Source: a virus. From it: DNA of 64,000 bases. Where the stretch lies: IMG/VR virus record IMGVR_UViG_3300030333_002885, positions 1 through 64,000 of that record; one strand, given 5' to 3'. Within the stretch, counting starts at the first letter, position 1. Every line of letters begins with the position of its first letter. The notes under the pieces are model-generated. The model had not been told where the DNA came from. It was given only the letters and a program-made list of their open reading frames with translations, and did no database searches. A program made the position numbers and the translations under genes. Below are positions 38,357 through 48,773 of this stretch, piece after piece.

Positions 38357-40161
38357 AAATAGTAAATAGCAAAGAATTTTTTAATACAATGTCTTTCGGG
38401 TTGTTAGCAATCCGACAGACTACTCTTGGTATTAAAAAATCTTTAGAGCAAAAGACTAGGGCAGATAAGAAAAGGCAGATACAGAGATCTATTGATGCTA
38501 AAAAGTTGATGGATACTCAGCAGAAGGCTGATAAGGAAAAATTATTAGAACAGAAGAAGGATGATGGTGCAGATGTATCAGAGAATCCAATAAAGAAAAC
38601 TGTAGGTAGTTTTTGGCAGAGACTTATTACTGCTATTGGGTGGGTTCTTGTTGGATGGTTAACACAATATCTTCCCAAATTTTTAAAGATAGTTAAAGAT
38701 GTAACCGAAAAGATTAAAAAGATTATTAAAGCTGTTGTAGATGTTGTTCAGGCTGTTGTTGGAACGATAAAAGAAGTGTGGGATGTTTTAGCACAATTTG
38801 GTGAGAATATGCTTAAAGGTGATTGGTTGGATAGTGAAGGTAAGTTAAGAGCTGAGTTTAGAGAGATGGAGATGTCCTTAGGTAATTCAATAGATACCAC
38901 TAGGAAATCTTTTAGAGATATTGGTGATTTAATTCAAAATTATGGTGGAAAAAAAGATGCGAAATGGCAGAGACCTGATAGAAGAAATATAATACTTCCT
39001 GCAAATGAGCAAAAACCAATAGTTGAAGATGGAAAAAATATTTTTGATGGATCTGAGGTAATTAGCGAGGAGAAAAAGGAAGAACTTAATAGTGCTCCTA
39101 TTGGTCCTGATTTTAAATCTGTATATAATTTAATTGCTGAACTTAACGGTAGAAATTATAACAGTGTTGGCAACTCTACTGTAGATGATCTTACTAGTAA
39201 GACTATCGGTGAGGTAATGAAAATGGAGGGTGAAGTTGGAAGATATGGATTTGCTCCTGCTCGTTTAAAGACAAATGCTGAAAGAGCTCTTTTAACTGAA
39301 GATGATGTATTTGATGAGAAGAATCAAGATAAAATGGCACATTACGCTTTATTAGCTGCAGGTATTAATGAGAATGTTACGGTTGAAAAGTTTGAGGAAA
39401 TTATTGAGAGGGTAGCAAAAGTAGATATTCCAGAGGCTAAGGTAGAAGAAGCATGGCATAGGTTTATGAGAACTAAACCTCAAGGTGGTGCTGATGGTAA
39501 AAACAATCGTGCTTTACAGTTTATGACTGGTAGAAAACCTACTGAGACAAGAGTTGTTGGATATGTAGGAAGTACTGGTAATTCTACTGGTCCTCACATT
39601 CATATCCAAAGATTCCCACCACCTAGAGATTTTGAGTCAGATCATATTAATACTGATCATCCTGTATTAGATCATATTTTTGTTGGTGGTAAACCTCTAA
39701 AATCATGGGAGATGACATCTCCACCAATGCCTGATCGTTGGGGTAGACCTCATTATGGTCCTGATTATGGTGGTTATGGTATTAATGGACAACCTATTCA
39801 ATTCTCAGATCAAATAACTTATGGTGATAATTTATATCAAGAGGCTCCTGACGCTGCTGAAGGAAATAATATATTATTTACATTTGGTGGAGAACAATTT
39901 ACTATATTCCATTTAAGTGCAGGACCAGATCCTATTGATATTAAACCTCAGAATAAAAATATTAAGACTAGTAGGACTAGTAGTAGTCTAGAATTACCTG
40001 TTATGGAGAGTGATGTAGTTACCGTCCCAATTCCTTCTCTAAATAATGGTGGTATGGTAGCATCTATACCATCTGGACAAATGGTTGAACTTCCAGAGTC
40101 AGGTAGTGGTAGTATAGATGCTTTGACTCTTTTAAAAAATCTTAATACACACTATACATAA
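38353..40161 (+). CDS. Tail-associated protein with a degenerate lysozyme-like domain and a permuted M23 peptidase domain
   Basis: LT.KTIGEV...GRYGF...NQDK; GSTGNSTGPHIH precedes HYGPD. Confidence 0.65.
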   Translation: MKIVNSKEFFNTMSFGLLAIRQTTLGIKKSLEQKTRADKKRQIQRSIDAKKLMDTQQKADKEKLLEQKKDDGADVSENPIKKTVGSFWQRLITAIGWVLVGWLTQYLPKFLKIVKDVTEKIKKIIKAVVDVVQAVVGTIKEVWDVLAQFGENMLKGDWLDSEGKLRAEFREMEMSLGNSIDTTRKSFRDIGDLIQNYGGKKDAKWQRPDRRNIILPANEQKPIVEDGKNIFDGSEVISEEKKEELNSAPIGPDFKSVYNLIAELNGRNYNSVGNSTVDDLTSKTIGEVMKMEGEVGRYGFAPARLKTNAERALLTEDDVFDEKNQDKMAHYALLAAGINENVTVEKFEEIIERVAKVDIPEAKVEEAWHRFMRTKPQGGADGKNNRALQFMTGRKPTETRVVGYVGSTGNSTGPHIHIQRFPPPRDFESDHINTDHPVLDHIFVGGKPLKSWEMTSPPMPDRWGRPHYGPDYGGYGINGQPIQFSDQITYGDNLYQEAPDAAEGNNILFTFGGEQFTIFHLSAGPDPIDIKPQNKNIKTSRTSSSLELPVMESDVVTVPIPSLNNGGMVASIPSGQMVELPESGSGSIDALTLLKNLNTHYT

Positions 40162-41477
40162 TGTCTGCCTCACCTTCACAAGGATCAGAATATAATCAGA
40201 TTGTTATATACTCCTTTGATGGTAGTAAGAACGCTGATTTAAAATCTGGTGTCGTAGAGTTTCAGTATTTTGAAGATTTATATTCACCTACATTTACTGC
40301 TACTCTTAGTGTAGTAAATACTGCTGCTAAAGGCGATGATAAGATCAAAGGTATATACCATGAGCTTCCTATTCAAGGAGGAGAAAAGGTTCATATTGAT
40401 ATAACAACTCCTATCGAAATGTCGAGAAAGGCTAAAGGAGAATTTGTAGTTGATATGTATGTTAATGGGATATCAAATTATGTGCAAGAAAAAAATATGG
40501 AATCCTTTACATTGCATTTGGTATCAAAAGAATCTATTATAAATCAGAATACACGAATTATTGAAAAATTTGTTAGTAAAAAAATTAGTGAACTTATAGA
40601 GGTATTTTTAAAAGCAGTTAAACTTAAGGAAGATCAATGGGATATTGAGGAGACAAGAGATAAGATTAATTTTATTGGGAACATGAGAAAACCTTATACT
40701 CTTGCTCCTATGCTTGCTAATAGAGCAAGACCAGTAGAAGGTGGTGCTGGAACGGCAGGATTTTTCTTCTGGCAGACCAGAACTAAGATGAATTTTAAAT
40801 CTATAGAATCTTTAATTAAAGCGGAGACTAAAGCAGAGTATGAATTTGAGCGTATTGTTGATACACATGGAAATCCAGAGAAGAATTTTAAAAAGGTATT
40901 GACATATGAACTTATTAAAAGTAGTGGTGTTATAGATTCTGCAAGAGCTGGTGAGTATTCTACTTATAGGATATATTTTAATCCTCATACATTTGGATTT
41001 ACCCAACATGATTCAGCAATGGCTGGTACATGGGATAAGATTGGTGGTGAGCATTTGGGTACAGAAGAAGGTAAACCAGCACCAGTTGTAGATCCTGATC
41101 CTAAAGGTGACGGTGAGAATAAATTTACTAAACCATACATGGCACATAGAATTGTATCTGGTATCAATGCTACAGGATGTATGGAACCTAAGGTAGATAC
41201 CACTGTAGTTCAACCTCAGACACATGATGTTGCTCAATCTATATGGAGATATGGATCCTTATTTTCGCAAGTCATGACATTAACAGTCCCAGTTAACATA
41301 GGACTCTTCGCAGGTGATAAAATAGAGTGTCTGTTTCCTCAAGTCTCTGGTGAAGATGACATTGATAGTCACGGATCAGGTCTATATATTATTAAAGAAA
41401 TTAGTCATTTCTTTGAGCCCAATAGATCATACACAGCCATGAAAGTCCTTAGGGATACTAGTGGTCAGAAAAAATAA
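40161..41477 (+). CDS. Baseplate hub protein (gp27-like)
   Basis: YFEDL.SP, GFFFWQT...NFKSI..L, VP.N..L.AGD, SG.Y.I..I.H. Confidence 0.65.
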   Translation: MSASPSQGSEYNQIVIYSFDGSKNADLKSGVVEFQYFEDLYSPTFTATLSVVNTAAKGDDKIKGIYHELPIQGGEKVHIDITTPIEMSRKAKGEFVVDMYVNGISNYVQEKNMESFTLHLVSKESIINQNTRIIEKFVSKKISELIEVFLKAVKLKEDQWDIEETRDKINFIGNMRKPYTLAPMLANRARPVEGGAGTAGFFFWQTRTKMNFKSIESLIKAETKAEYEFERIVDTHGNPEKNFKKVLTYELIKSSGVIDSARAGEYSTYRIYFNPHTFGFTQHDSAMAGTWDKIGGEHLGTEEGKPAPVVDPDPKGDGENKFTKPYMAHRIVSGINATGCMEPKVDTTVVQPQTHDVAQSIWRYGSLFSQVMTLTVPVNIGLFAGDKIECLFPQVSGEDDIDSHGSGLYIIKEISHFFEPNRSYTAMKVLRDTSGQKK

Positions 41478-41485
41478 GAGGTTCT

Positions 41486-41737
41486 ATGAGCACTCAACAC
41501 CCACACGAATACATTGATCCTAAGGATCATAAAGAGCATGTCAATCATGGCATGTTAGAGTACACTGAAGAAGATCTAAAACTTCATAATGATGCATTTC
41601 ATGCACATGATGAAAATGAAGAAAATCTTGGTGGTGCAAAGATCAATGATTGGCACACACGCCATGAGGATCAGCACTTAGAAGTTTATTGTGATAATCA
41701 TCCAGATTCATTTGAATGTAGAGTATACGACGACTAA
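41486..41737 (+). CDS. cp12: CP12-like Calvin-cycle regulator
   Basis: C-terminal LEVYCDNHPDSFECRVYDD CP12 signature. Confidence 0.8.
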   Translation: MSTQHPHEYIDPKDHKEHVNHGMLEYTEEDLKLHNDAFHAHDENEENLGGAKINDWHTRHEDQHLEVYCDNHPDSFECRVYDD

Positions 41738-44079
41738 TGATAGAAGAAGCTCTATTAGGTAAAAGTCAATTCATGGGCAGAGACGGATTCCGTTGGTGGA
41801 TCGGTCAGGTTGCCCCTAGGGAAGCTCAGTCTGATCAGATTAACGAGGGTGAAGGATGGGCTTACAGATACAAAGTTCGTATCATGGGGTATCATCCTTT
41901 CAGTGAGGATCCTGGTATCAAAAATGAAGACTTACCTTGGGCAATGTGTTTGTTACCAACTACCGCAGGTAGTGGTGGTGCAAACTATTCAACATCTACA
42001 ATGTTGCAGCAGGGTGACATTGTATTTGGATTCTTCTTAGACGGTGATGAAGCACAAATCCCTGCTATTTTAGGTCATTTTGGTAGAGCAGGTGGAGTTG
42101 AATTAAACAAAGGAGATCAAGAATTTTCTGGACCATTTGTTCCCTTTACAGGATTTACTGAAAAGTGGACTCCACAAAGATTAAAGGTTAAAACAGAGCA
42201 GAGTGGTGAACAGAACGCACAATCACAGATAACAAATACTAGTGCTAACGAAGGACAATATGTAGATCAAAATGGATCTGGTCGTAAAGAGATTACTCCA
42301 GATACATGTAGTACAACTTCTATTTCTAGAATGTCTACTGCTATAGAGAATATGGCAGAGAGAATAGAACAATTTAGTCTGACTGGAATGAAGTTAGAGG
42401 CCGAGATTGATGCAGTTGCTGATCTAATAGAAACTCAGGCAAATAGTTTTGTTGGTCGAATGATGGATGTGGCATATGATAACTTAGAACCTAAGTTACA
42501 AGAAGGATTGGAGAAATTATATAATGATACTTTTGGTAAAGTATTTTCTCAAATGGGTAATACTCCACAATCATATGCAGTTGCTCATGCGTCTGGTAGA
42601 GCAGCACAGATTGGAGAGATTCCTAAGATTAAAAATGCAGAGAATGCTTTATCTTGTGTTGCTAATAAGGTAGTAGAAGGATTGAGAGATACTGTATCAG
42701 ATATGCTGAAGGATCTACTTGCTTCTGGTCTTGGTATAGCAGGTTGTGTTGCTACTAATTTTGCTGCTAATTTCTTAAATAAAATCACAAATGCGATTGC
42801 AGATGGTTTAAAGAGTCCACTTGCTAATCTGAGTAATATATTAGCACCAGGTTTAGATATAGCAGATCTATTAAGAGGAACAGCAAGTGCTTTAGATGAC
42901 TTCTCTGGATTCTTAGATTGTGGACAGACTAATAAGGATAAGTGTCCACCTATCAGAAAGTATGAGGTATCTGGTGGACCTATGGAGAAGGGTGCTGATC
43001 CATTTGCTTATGTCTCTTATGCTATGAATAAGCAGTCTACGGGAGGTGGCACTAAAGGTACTATTGGTAATATTACTGGTGCTATTGATGGTATTTCAGG
43101 TGCTATTGGTGGTATAACTGATACTGTACAAGGAATAACGGGTGCATTACAGAATCCTGGTGGTCTTGTTGGTGGTTTAGTTAAGAGTCAGTTTGGTAAT
43201 TTGATACCATCTGGAGTTACTAACAGTCTTGGTGGTGCTGGTAGAATATCTGGATTGATTGAAGATCTTTCTGCTGGTGGATCATGTACAGGTGGTAAGC
43301 AAAATTGTGGTAATCCTACCATGCAAATTTTTGGTGGTGGTGGAATAGGTGCTCTAGGAAATGTTGTGTTAGGTAAGGTAATTGAGAACTCTGGTGCTAT
43401 GGGATTAGCTGATTCTATTAGTAGGACTGCTAGTATTATTGGAGTTGATATAAAAGTTCCTGGTAGAAATTATAAATCACCACCTGCTATTAGTTTCACA
43501 GATAAGTGTGGTAAGGGATATGGTGCTCATGGTGAAGCAATTATTAATGAGGATGGAGAGGTTATTGGTGCAATAATAACCAGTGTGGGTGAGGGATATC
43601 CTGTAGTGGATGATGGTAGTATAGACATTAATGTTGGTGTAACTACTGTATTTGTTGAGAATCCTGGTACTGGATATACACCAGGTGATAAGATTGATGA
43701 AACTATATTTGTATATGATCCAGGAATAACAGATTTAGTGGATGATGATGTAACTACTCCAGAGGTACAGAGAGTTGATCCAACAACAGGTGAAGATATT
43801 CCATCAGATGTTGCTGATCCATATAAAGAACTTATTCCTACTGGTCAGAGAATAACAGCAGCAAATATCAAAGACAAGCCATCCTTTGAACTTGTTATTG
43901 ATCCTGTTACTGGTGGTATCGCTGCTGTTAAGGTTCTAAATACGCTTAGGTTCGAGACTCCACCTGTATTATCAATAGTTAGTTCTACTGGTCAAGGTGC
44001 TGTTATTAGACCAATATTTGGTCCTATACCAGAACCAGCACAACAAGGTGTACTTACCGTAATAGACTGTTCACGCTAA
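41737..44079 (+). CDS. g5: Baseplate hub / spike gp5 (N-terminal OB-fold)
   Basis: GRDGFRWWIGQV, RYKVRIMGYH, DLPWA, VFGFFLDG..AQ.P.I.G. Confidence 0.85.
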   Translation: MIEEALLGKSQFMGRDGFRWWIGQVAPREAQSDQINEGEGWAYRYKVRIMGYHPFSEDPGIKNEDLPWAMCLLPTTAGSGGANYSTSTMLQQGDIVFGFFLDGDEAQIPAILGHFGRAGGVELNKGDQEFSGPFVPFTGFTEKWTPQRLKVKTEQSGEQNAQSQITNTSANEGQYVDQNGSGRKEITPDTCSTTSISRMSTAIENMAERIEQFSLTGMKLEAEIDAVADLIETQANSFVGRMMDVAYDNLEPKLQEGLEKLYNDTFGKVFSQMGNTPQSYAVAHASGRAAQIGEIPKIKNAENALSCVANKVVEGLRDTVSDMLKDLLASGLGIAGCVATNFAANFLNKITNAIADGLKSPLANLSNILAPGLDIADLLRGTASALDDFSGFLDCGQTNKDKCPPIRKYEVSGGPMEKGADPFAYVSYAMNKQSTGGGTKGTIGNITGAIDGISGAIGGITDTVQGITGALQNPGGLVGGLVKSQFGNLIPSGVTNSLGGAGRISGLIEDLSAGGSCTGGKQNCGNPTMQIFGGGGIGALGNVVLGKVIENSGAMGLADSISRTASIIGVDIKVPGRNYKSPPAISFTDKCGKGYGAHGEAIINEDGEVIGAIITSVGEGYPVVDDGSIDINVGVTTVFVENPGTGYTPGDKIDETIFVYDPGITDLVDDDVTTPEVQRVDPTTGEDIPSDVADPYKELIPTGQRITAANIKDKPSFELVIDPVTGGIAAVKVLNTLRFETPPVLSIVSSTGQGAVIRPIFGPIPEPAQQGVLTVIDCSR

Positions 44080-45566
44080 TGGCAACAGAAGATACTAATA
44101 AACCAAATTGGGGTAGGAGGATTATTGATTCAAGGGGATCTCATTTCCGTATAGAATCTGGTAGTCCTTTAATTGGTAGAGATGGTGCAGAAACCTTTAA
44201 GATATATGCTGTCAATGATAATGAGGAAGTATTCTTAATTACTCATGGTCATGGATCTGGATTGGGTCGTATGGCATGTGACAAGTCTATTGAAATTAGA
44301 GCTGGAGATAAGAATAATCCTAATAGTGTTGACATTAGAGTAAGTGCTGCTACAGGAGATATCACTATCAATGCTGATAGAGGTAGAGTTCGTGTTAATG
44401 CCAAGGATATTGGTGTTCATGCTGAAAGAGATATTGATTTAAATGCTGGTAGGAATGTCAACATTAAAGCAGGTACAGGTCGTATATTACTTAAAGCTAA
44501 TACTGTATCCTCACATGGTAAGAAGGGTAACTTAATACCTAAAACATGGGGTGCTAAAGTTCTTGCTAACAGTTATGTTCCTGATGATAGTATTGCTAAG
44601 TTCTTTGATCCTAAATCTCAATCAACTTCATTAGGTGCTGGACCTTTCTCTGATAATGGTGTTGCTGGTGCAGCAGCAGATGGATTGGGATTTAGTCTTC
44701 AGGATCTTGGTATTACTAACCCTGAGATTGGTGGTATTGAACCTATAGAGGTTGCACTAGAAAAAGCTGTATTAGGAGAAAAAAGTCCTTTAGCAGATCT
44801 TACAAACTTCATAGAAGGAGAAGGTGCTAATAAATTAACAACGGCATTAGGAGGTTTAGAAGATAAACTTGGTGATAAGTTTAAAGGATTGTCAGGTAAA
44901 TTGGGTGGTAGTTCAGGATTTGGTGGATTTAGTAGTTTAGTAGATAAAGCTAGTGGTGTTATTAGTGATGGACCTTCATCATTAGTTGGTGGTGCTTTGG
45001 TAGATAAGTTCAAAGGTGCGACTGATCTTGCTTCAGGAGGTGGTTTGATAAATTCTGCTAGTGGTCTTATTTTAGATGGAACAGAGACTGATTCTGGGGT
45101 GATGAGAAAGGTGCTTAAAGATTCTGCTATAGGTAAGGTATCAGGCATTGGTAAGAACTTGGCAGCAGGTGAGATAGGATCATTAACTGCCTCTGCTAAA
45201 TCTCTTCTTGGTGTTACTCAGGGTGGTCATTCTCTCACTGGAGTTGTGGATCAAATTGCATCTGGAACTGTTGGTAAGGGTGCTGCTGCTACTGTTGGTA
45301 ATAAGTCTGGTGATCCATTAGCAGTAATGGATTCTATTGTTCCTAGTGGATTCAATTTGGCACAGGTTAAATCACTTAAGAAGACAGTGAGTGAAAGGTT
45401 AAATATAGCAGATGCTGCTACTCTCGCATCAGAGGAAGCACAGAAGGACATTACTAGAGCTCTTAAAGACGCTCAAGGTGGCATTGATATCGCTAGTGAT
45501 GAAATTAAGGTACTACTTGAAGGTGGTAGCACAACTGGTAAAGAAAACAAAACATTTAATGTATAA
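44079..45566 (+). CDS. gp5 C-terminal-like spike protein with a Gly-rich extension
   Basis: GDITI.A..GR...A.DI...A..DI.L.AG beta-repeats. Confidence 0.55.
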   Translation: MATEDTNKPNWGRRIIDSRGSHFRIESGSPLIGRDGAETFKIYAVNDNEEVFLITHGHGSGLGRMACDKSIEIRAGDKNNPNSVDIRVSAATGDITINADRGRVRVNAKDIGVHAERDIDLNAGRNVNIKAGTGRILLKANTVSSHGKKGNLIPKTWGAKVLANSYVPDDSIAKFFDPKSQSTSLGAGPFSDNGVAGAAADGLGFSLQDLGITNPEIGGIEPIEVALEKAVLGEKSPLADLTNFIEGEGANKLTTALGGLEDKLGDKFKGLSGKLGGSSGFGGFSSLVDKASGVISDGPSSLVGGALVDKFKGATDLASGGGLINSASGLILDGTETDSGVMRKVLKDSAIGKVSGIGKNLAAGEIGSLTASAKSLLGVTQGGHSLTGVVDQIASGTVGKGAAATVGNKSGDPLAVMDSIVPSGFNLAQVKSLKKTVSERLNIADAATLASEEAQKDITRALKDAQGGIDIASDEIKVLLEGGSTTGKENKTFNV

Positions 45567-45568
45567 CT

Positions 45569-46417
45569 ATGTCAGCATCTGAATCAAACCCAACAAATTT
45601 TAATTGTGATACTAAAGTTGATGTCGCTAATAAGCCATATGCTTATAAGGATCATATCAATTACAGTGAAGATCCCACTCTAATTGGTAGTTTCGTTGAC
45701 ATTCTTGGTACACCAGATAGAAATACTGATGTTGAGATAACACATGGTAGTATTAGAGTCTTTACTGGTAATGTATTAGTCAGACCTGGTATTACTACAG
45801 TACAGCAACTACAGGTTGAAAGAGAAATATATGTTTGTGAGAGTGCAGATATAATGGGAGATACCTTTATTAAAGGTACTAGTTCATATCCTTTACAGGT
45901 AGGTGGTAACGCATTCTTTGATCATGGTAACATAGGTGATCTATCATCTAGATTTAATGCAGCAGATGCTTCACCAAAACCATTTGATTTGGTACATCCT
46001 ACTAAAGGTAAAGGTCACAGACTTAGACATGCTTGTATTGAGGGACCAGAGGTAGCAGTATATTATAGAGGAAGATTAAAGGGTTCTAATACAATTGAAT
46101 TGCCATATTATTGGAAAGATTTAGTACATGAGGATAGTATTACAGTACAGTTACAACCTATTGGTATGAGACATTTTCATCTCAATGTAGTTCAATTTGA
46201 TAATGAAAAAATTATTGTAGCAGATCCAGATGATAAACCAATTGATTGTTTCTACCATGTATATGGAGAGAGAAAGGATGTTAACCCACTAATCACTGAG
46301 TATGAGGGTGATAGTTGGAAAGATTATCCTGACCCTCATCATTATAGTGATGATTTTGTGAATCGTAGATACGATCATCCAGACTTTGCTGGTCCTCCTA
46401 ATACTAATACAAGATGA
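45569..46417 (+). CDS. Virion protein
   Basis: KPFD..HPTK....LRH.CIEGPE..VY.RG...IELP.YW..LV domain. Confidence 0.6.
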   Translation: MSASESNPTNFNCDTKVDVANKPYAYKDHINYSEDPTLIGSFVDILGTPDRNTDVEITHGSIRVFTGNVLVRPGITTVQQLQVEREIYVCESADIMGDTFIKGTSSYPLQVGGNAFFDHGNIGDLSSRFNAADASPKPFDLVHPTKGKGHRLRHACIEGPEVAVYYRGRLKGSNTIELPYYWKDLVHEDSITVQLQPIGMRHFHLNVVQFDNEKIIVADPDDKPIDCFYHVYGERKDVNPLITEYEGDSWKDYPDPHHYSDDFVNRRYDHPDFAGPPNTNTR

Positions 46418-46923
46418 GTCTACCATACACTGAAGAGGACTTTATCTCTGCTAGTGAATGTCAGAGATTGATAGACTATGCTATTGCAAATAAGAAGGCA
46501 GATGTCAGTAGTGATGATGAGTATTCTACTGAGGTAGAATGGAAGGATCATGGTGCAAAGTATTATGGAAATAATGTAGATCCAGTAACACCTACATCTG
46601 ATGATCCAGTAGTAACAGCAGTTAATAATAAATGTAAGACCTTTGTTGATTGTGAATTAGACTATGTTGGTATAGTAAGATGGCCAGTTGGTACATTTAT
46701 GAAACCACATGTCGATAGTAATACAGGACATAAACAAAATATTATAGCAGCTATGCTATACTTGAATGATAATTTCACTGGTGGTGATTTAATTTTTCAG
46801 GATAGAGTGGTAGAACCAAAGCCAGGAAAATTATTCATATTCAAAAATGCAGAGAATTTGCACTATGTTAATAAGGTAGAGGGTTCTGAAAGGTTTGCTT
46901 TGTCGTTCTGGTATCATATATAA
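46414..46923 (+). CDS. Prolyl-4-hydroxylase-like 2OG-Fe(II) oxygenase
   Basis: PHVD, LYLNDNFTGG.L.F, PKPGKL, H.V.KV.G.ER. Confidence 0.8.
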   Translation: MSLPYTEEDFISASECQRLIDYAIANKKADVSSDDEYSTEVEWKDHGAKYYGNNVDPVTPTSDDPVVTAVNNKCKTFVDCELDYVGIVRWPVGTFMKPHVDSNTGHKQNIIAAMLYLNDNFTGGDLIFQDRVVEPKPGKLFIFKNAENLHYVNKVEGSERFALSFWYHI

Positions 46924-46937
46924 TTGTAGTGTTAGGG

Positions 46938-46966
46938 TTGACCCCATGATCCTATCGTGCTACAAT
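46938..46966 (+). promoter_or_regulatory. sigma70-like promoter
   Basis: TTGACC - 17 bp - TACAAT with an extended TG. Confidence 0.65.
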
Positions 46967-46990
46967 AACCATATCTGGTTGCATCATTCT

Positions 46991-47191
46991 ATGGGTAAAG
47001 AAGACGAATGGATTATGAGGGTTGTCATCAACATGGGCAGGAGGACATGCCTCTGTGTCTCATCTGATGGTGACGAGAAACTAGTGGAGTGTGATACCCC
47101 ACAAGAGTTTATAAATGTTGTTGAGTTCTGCAAAACTGTATTAGATCCTGAGGACATTTTCTATGAAGAAATCAAAGTCGCAAGAGTCTGA
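46991..47191 (+). CDS. Conserved hypothetical protein
   Basis: SSDGDEK.VEC.T..EF..VV.F; start moved downstream of the promoter. Confidence 0.6.
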   Translation: MGKEDEWIMRVVINMGRRTCLCVSSDGDEKLVECDTPQEFINVVEFCKTVLDPEDIFYEEIKVARV

Positions 47192-47519
47192 GGTCACATG
47201 TTGGATTGATGAGGAGCAGGTAGACTGTTCTACCTGGGATCCAATAGAGAGTGATGTTACAGTTGAAGTAACCGATGATGAATTTGTCAGGTTACATAAG
47301 GAGTTTGATTTATGAATGATACTACAAAAGAAAGAATAGAGATGGCAAGAAAGAGGATAGATGAACTTATACTACTAATCGACACATGGAAAAACAATGA
47401 CAAAAAAGACATTCACACAAGAAAAGAAGAATCCTAAGCACACTAATGTGTGGGAATGGGAGGAGACTCCTGAGGTCAGGGCAGCATTAGACAAACTACA
47501 CAAAAGAGTAACTCTATAA
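47163..47519 (+). CDS. Three overlapping micro-ORFs (47163-47315, 47312-47437, 47397-47519)
   Basis: Tandem coupled ORFs of 40-50 aa that fill the gap. Confidence 0.45.
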
Positions 47520-47824
47520 TGCATCCTAACGGATACACAAAGGAGATGGTCAAGGAGCTTCTAGGATCTTCTTGGCCTACTATTGATCCAAACCATGAGA
47601 CTGGTAATCAGTTAAGAAAAAGAATAGGTAGAGAGATAAGGGAAGGTAAGAGACCTAAACCCACATACCCATCAAAGGAGTCAAGGATTGCAGATACTTC
47701 AGGCAACTTTGACGAGAATGGACAATACATATATCCAGAGAACTCTGGATTCAGTTATGTTCAATGGATTAAAGACCATCCTGACTCAACAGAAGCAGGA
47801 ACTTACGGATCAAAAGTCTCCTGA
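47519..47824 (+). CDS. Hypothetical protein
   Basis: TAATG coupling to the previous ORF. Confidence 0.55.
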   Translation: MHPNGYTKEMVKELLGSSWPTIDPNHETGNQLRKRIGREIREGKRPKPTYPSKESRIADTSGNFDENGQYIYPENSGFSYVQWIKDHPDSTEAGTYGSKVS

Positions 47825-47877
47825 TACATACTATGAATATCTTAAAAGACAGCATTACTTAGCATGTCACATGGAGG

Positions 47878-48219
47878 ATGATTATGACGAATGTAGGGAA
47901 GATTCCTGATCACATGTATCCATTCTATAGGGTATATGATGAGAAAGGAGAACAGTATTGTGATTGTGGATGGGAGAAACATGCACAAGAACTTATTGAA
48001 TTGAATAGAACTTGTTCTATCATAGCAGATAGGAAGGAGTTGACCTATAAAAGAATAGATGCACCTAAACCGATTGATCCAGAAACAGTAGATGTTGATG
48101 CAGTAGTAGATAAACAATTACCAGGTCAGCAAGGATTACCTGCTGCTACCGAAAGATTACATGCAGATATTAAGAAAAAATTATTAGAACACAGTGAGGC
48201 ACAGGCTTTAGAATTTTAA
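47878..48219 (+). CDS. Hypothetical protein
   Basis: 113-aa ORF with YCDCG motif. Confidence 0.55.
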   Translation: MIMTNVGKIPDHMYPFYRVYDEKGEQYCDCGWEKHAQELIELNRTCSIIADRKELTYKRIDAPKPIDPETVDVDAVVDKQLPGQQGLPAATERLHADIKKKLLEHSEAQALEF

Positions 48220-48276
48220 TATTGATTTTACATTCCGTAACGCATATATAATATACAAAGAGTAGGTATTTATTTT

Positions 48277-48768
48277 ATGAAAAGGATACTTCCTTTCATA
48301 ATGATTATGATGAGTGCTCCGCTTGCAGCGAGAGCAGATTTAACATCAAGATTTACATCCAGTGTTCAACTACAGGTTAATGCTGCTGCAACACAGATGC
48401 AGAGAGTAGGTAACTCGTATAGTATCTCTGGTACTAATGTAGATACAACCGATGGAACCACTGCTAACACAGTTAGTGCTGGTACTATAGCATCAGGTAT
48501 CTATGGACCAGGAACTATTAGTGTAACACAAGACGATCCAGGTGAGGCGTTCAGCTTCTCAACTGCGTTCACTCAAGGTGATGCTCTGGTAACATCTGCA
48601 CCTTCAGTTGGTTCTGTTAGTGCATTAAGTAACCAATTGTCTACCGCAGCAGGATCCGCAGGTGATTTGGCTGGAACTGTGAATTCGCAGGGTGCTCTGA
48701 CCGTAACAGCTGGTGGGGCTGGCACTGTGGCAACGGGACAGTTCGTATCTGAGCTTCAAATCGACTAG
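48277..48768 (+). CDS. Exported protein 1 (signal peptide)
   Basis: MKR plus hydrophobic core plus ARA cleavage site; Ser/Thr/Gly-rich mature part. Confidence 0.7.
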   Translation: MKRILPFIMIMMSAPLAARADLTSRFTSSVQLQVNAAATQMQRVGNSYSISGTNVDTTDGTTANTVSAGTIASGIYGPGTISVTQDDPGEAFSFSTAFTQGDALVTSAPSVGSVSALSNQLSTAAGSAGDLAGTVNSQGALTVTAGGAGTVATGQFVSELQID

Positions 48769-48773
48769 GAGCC

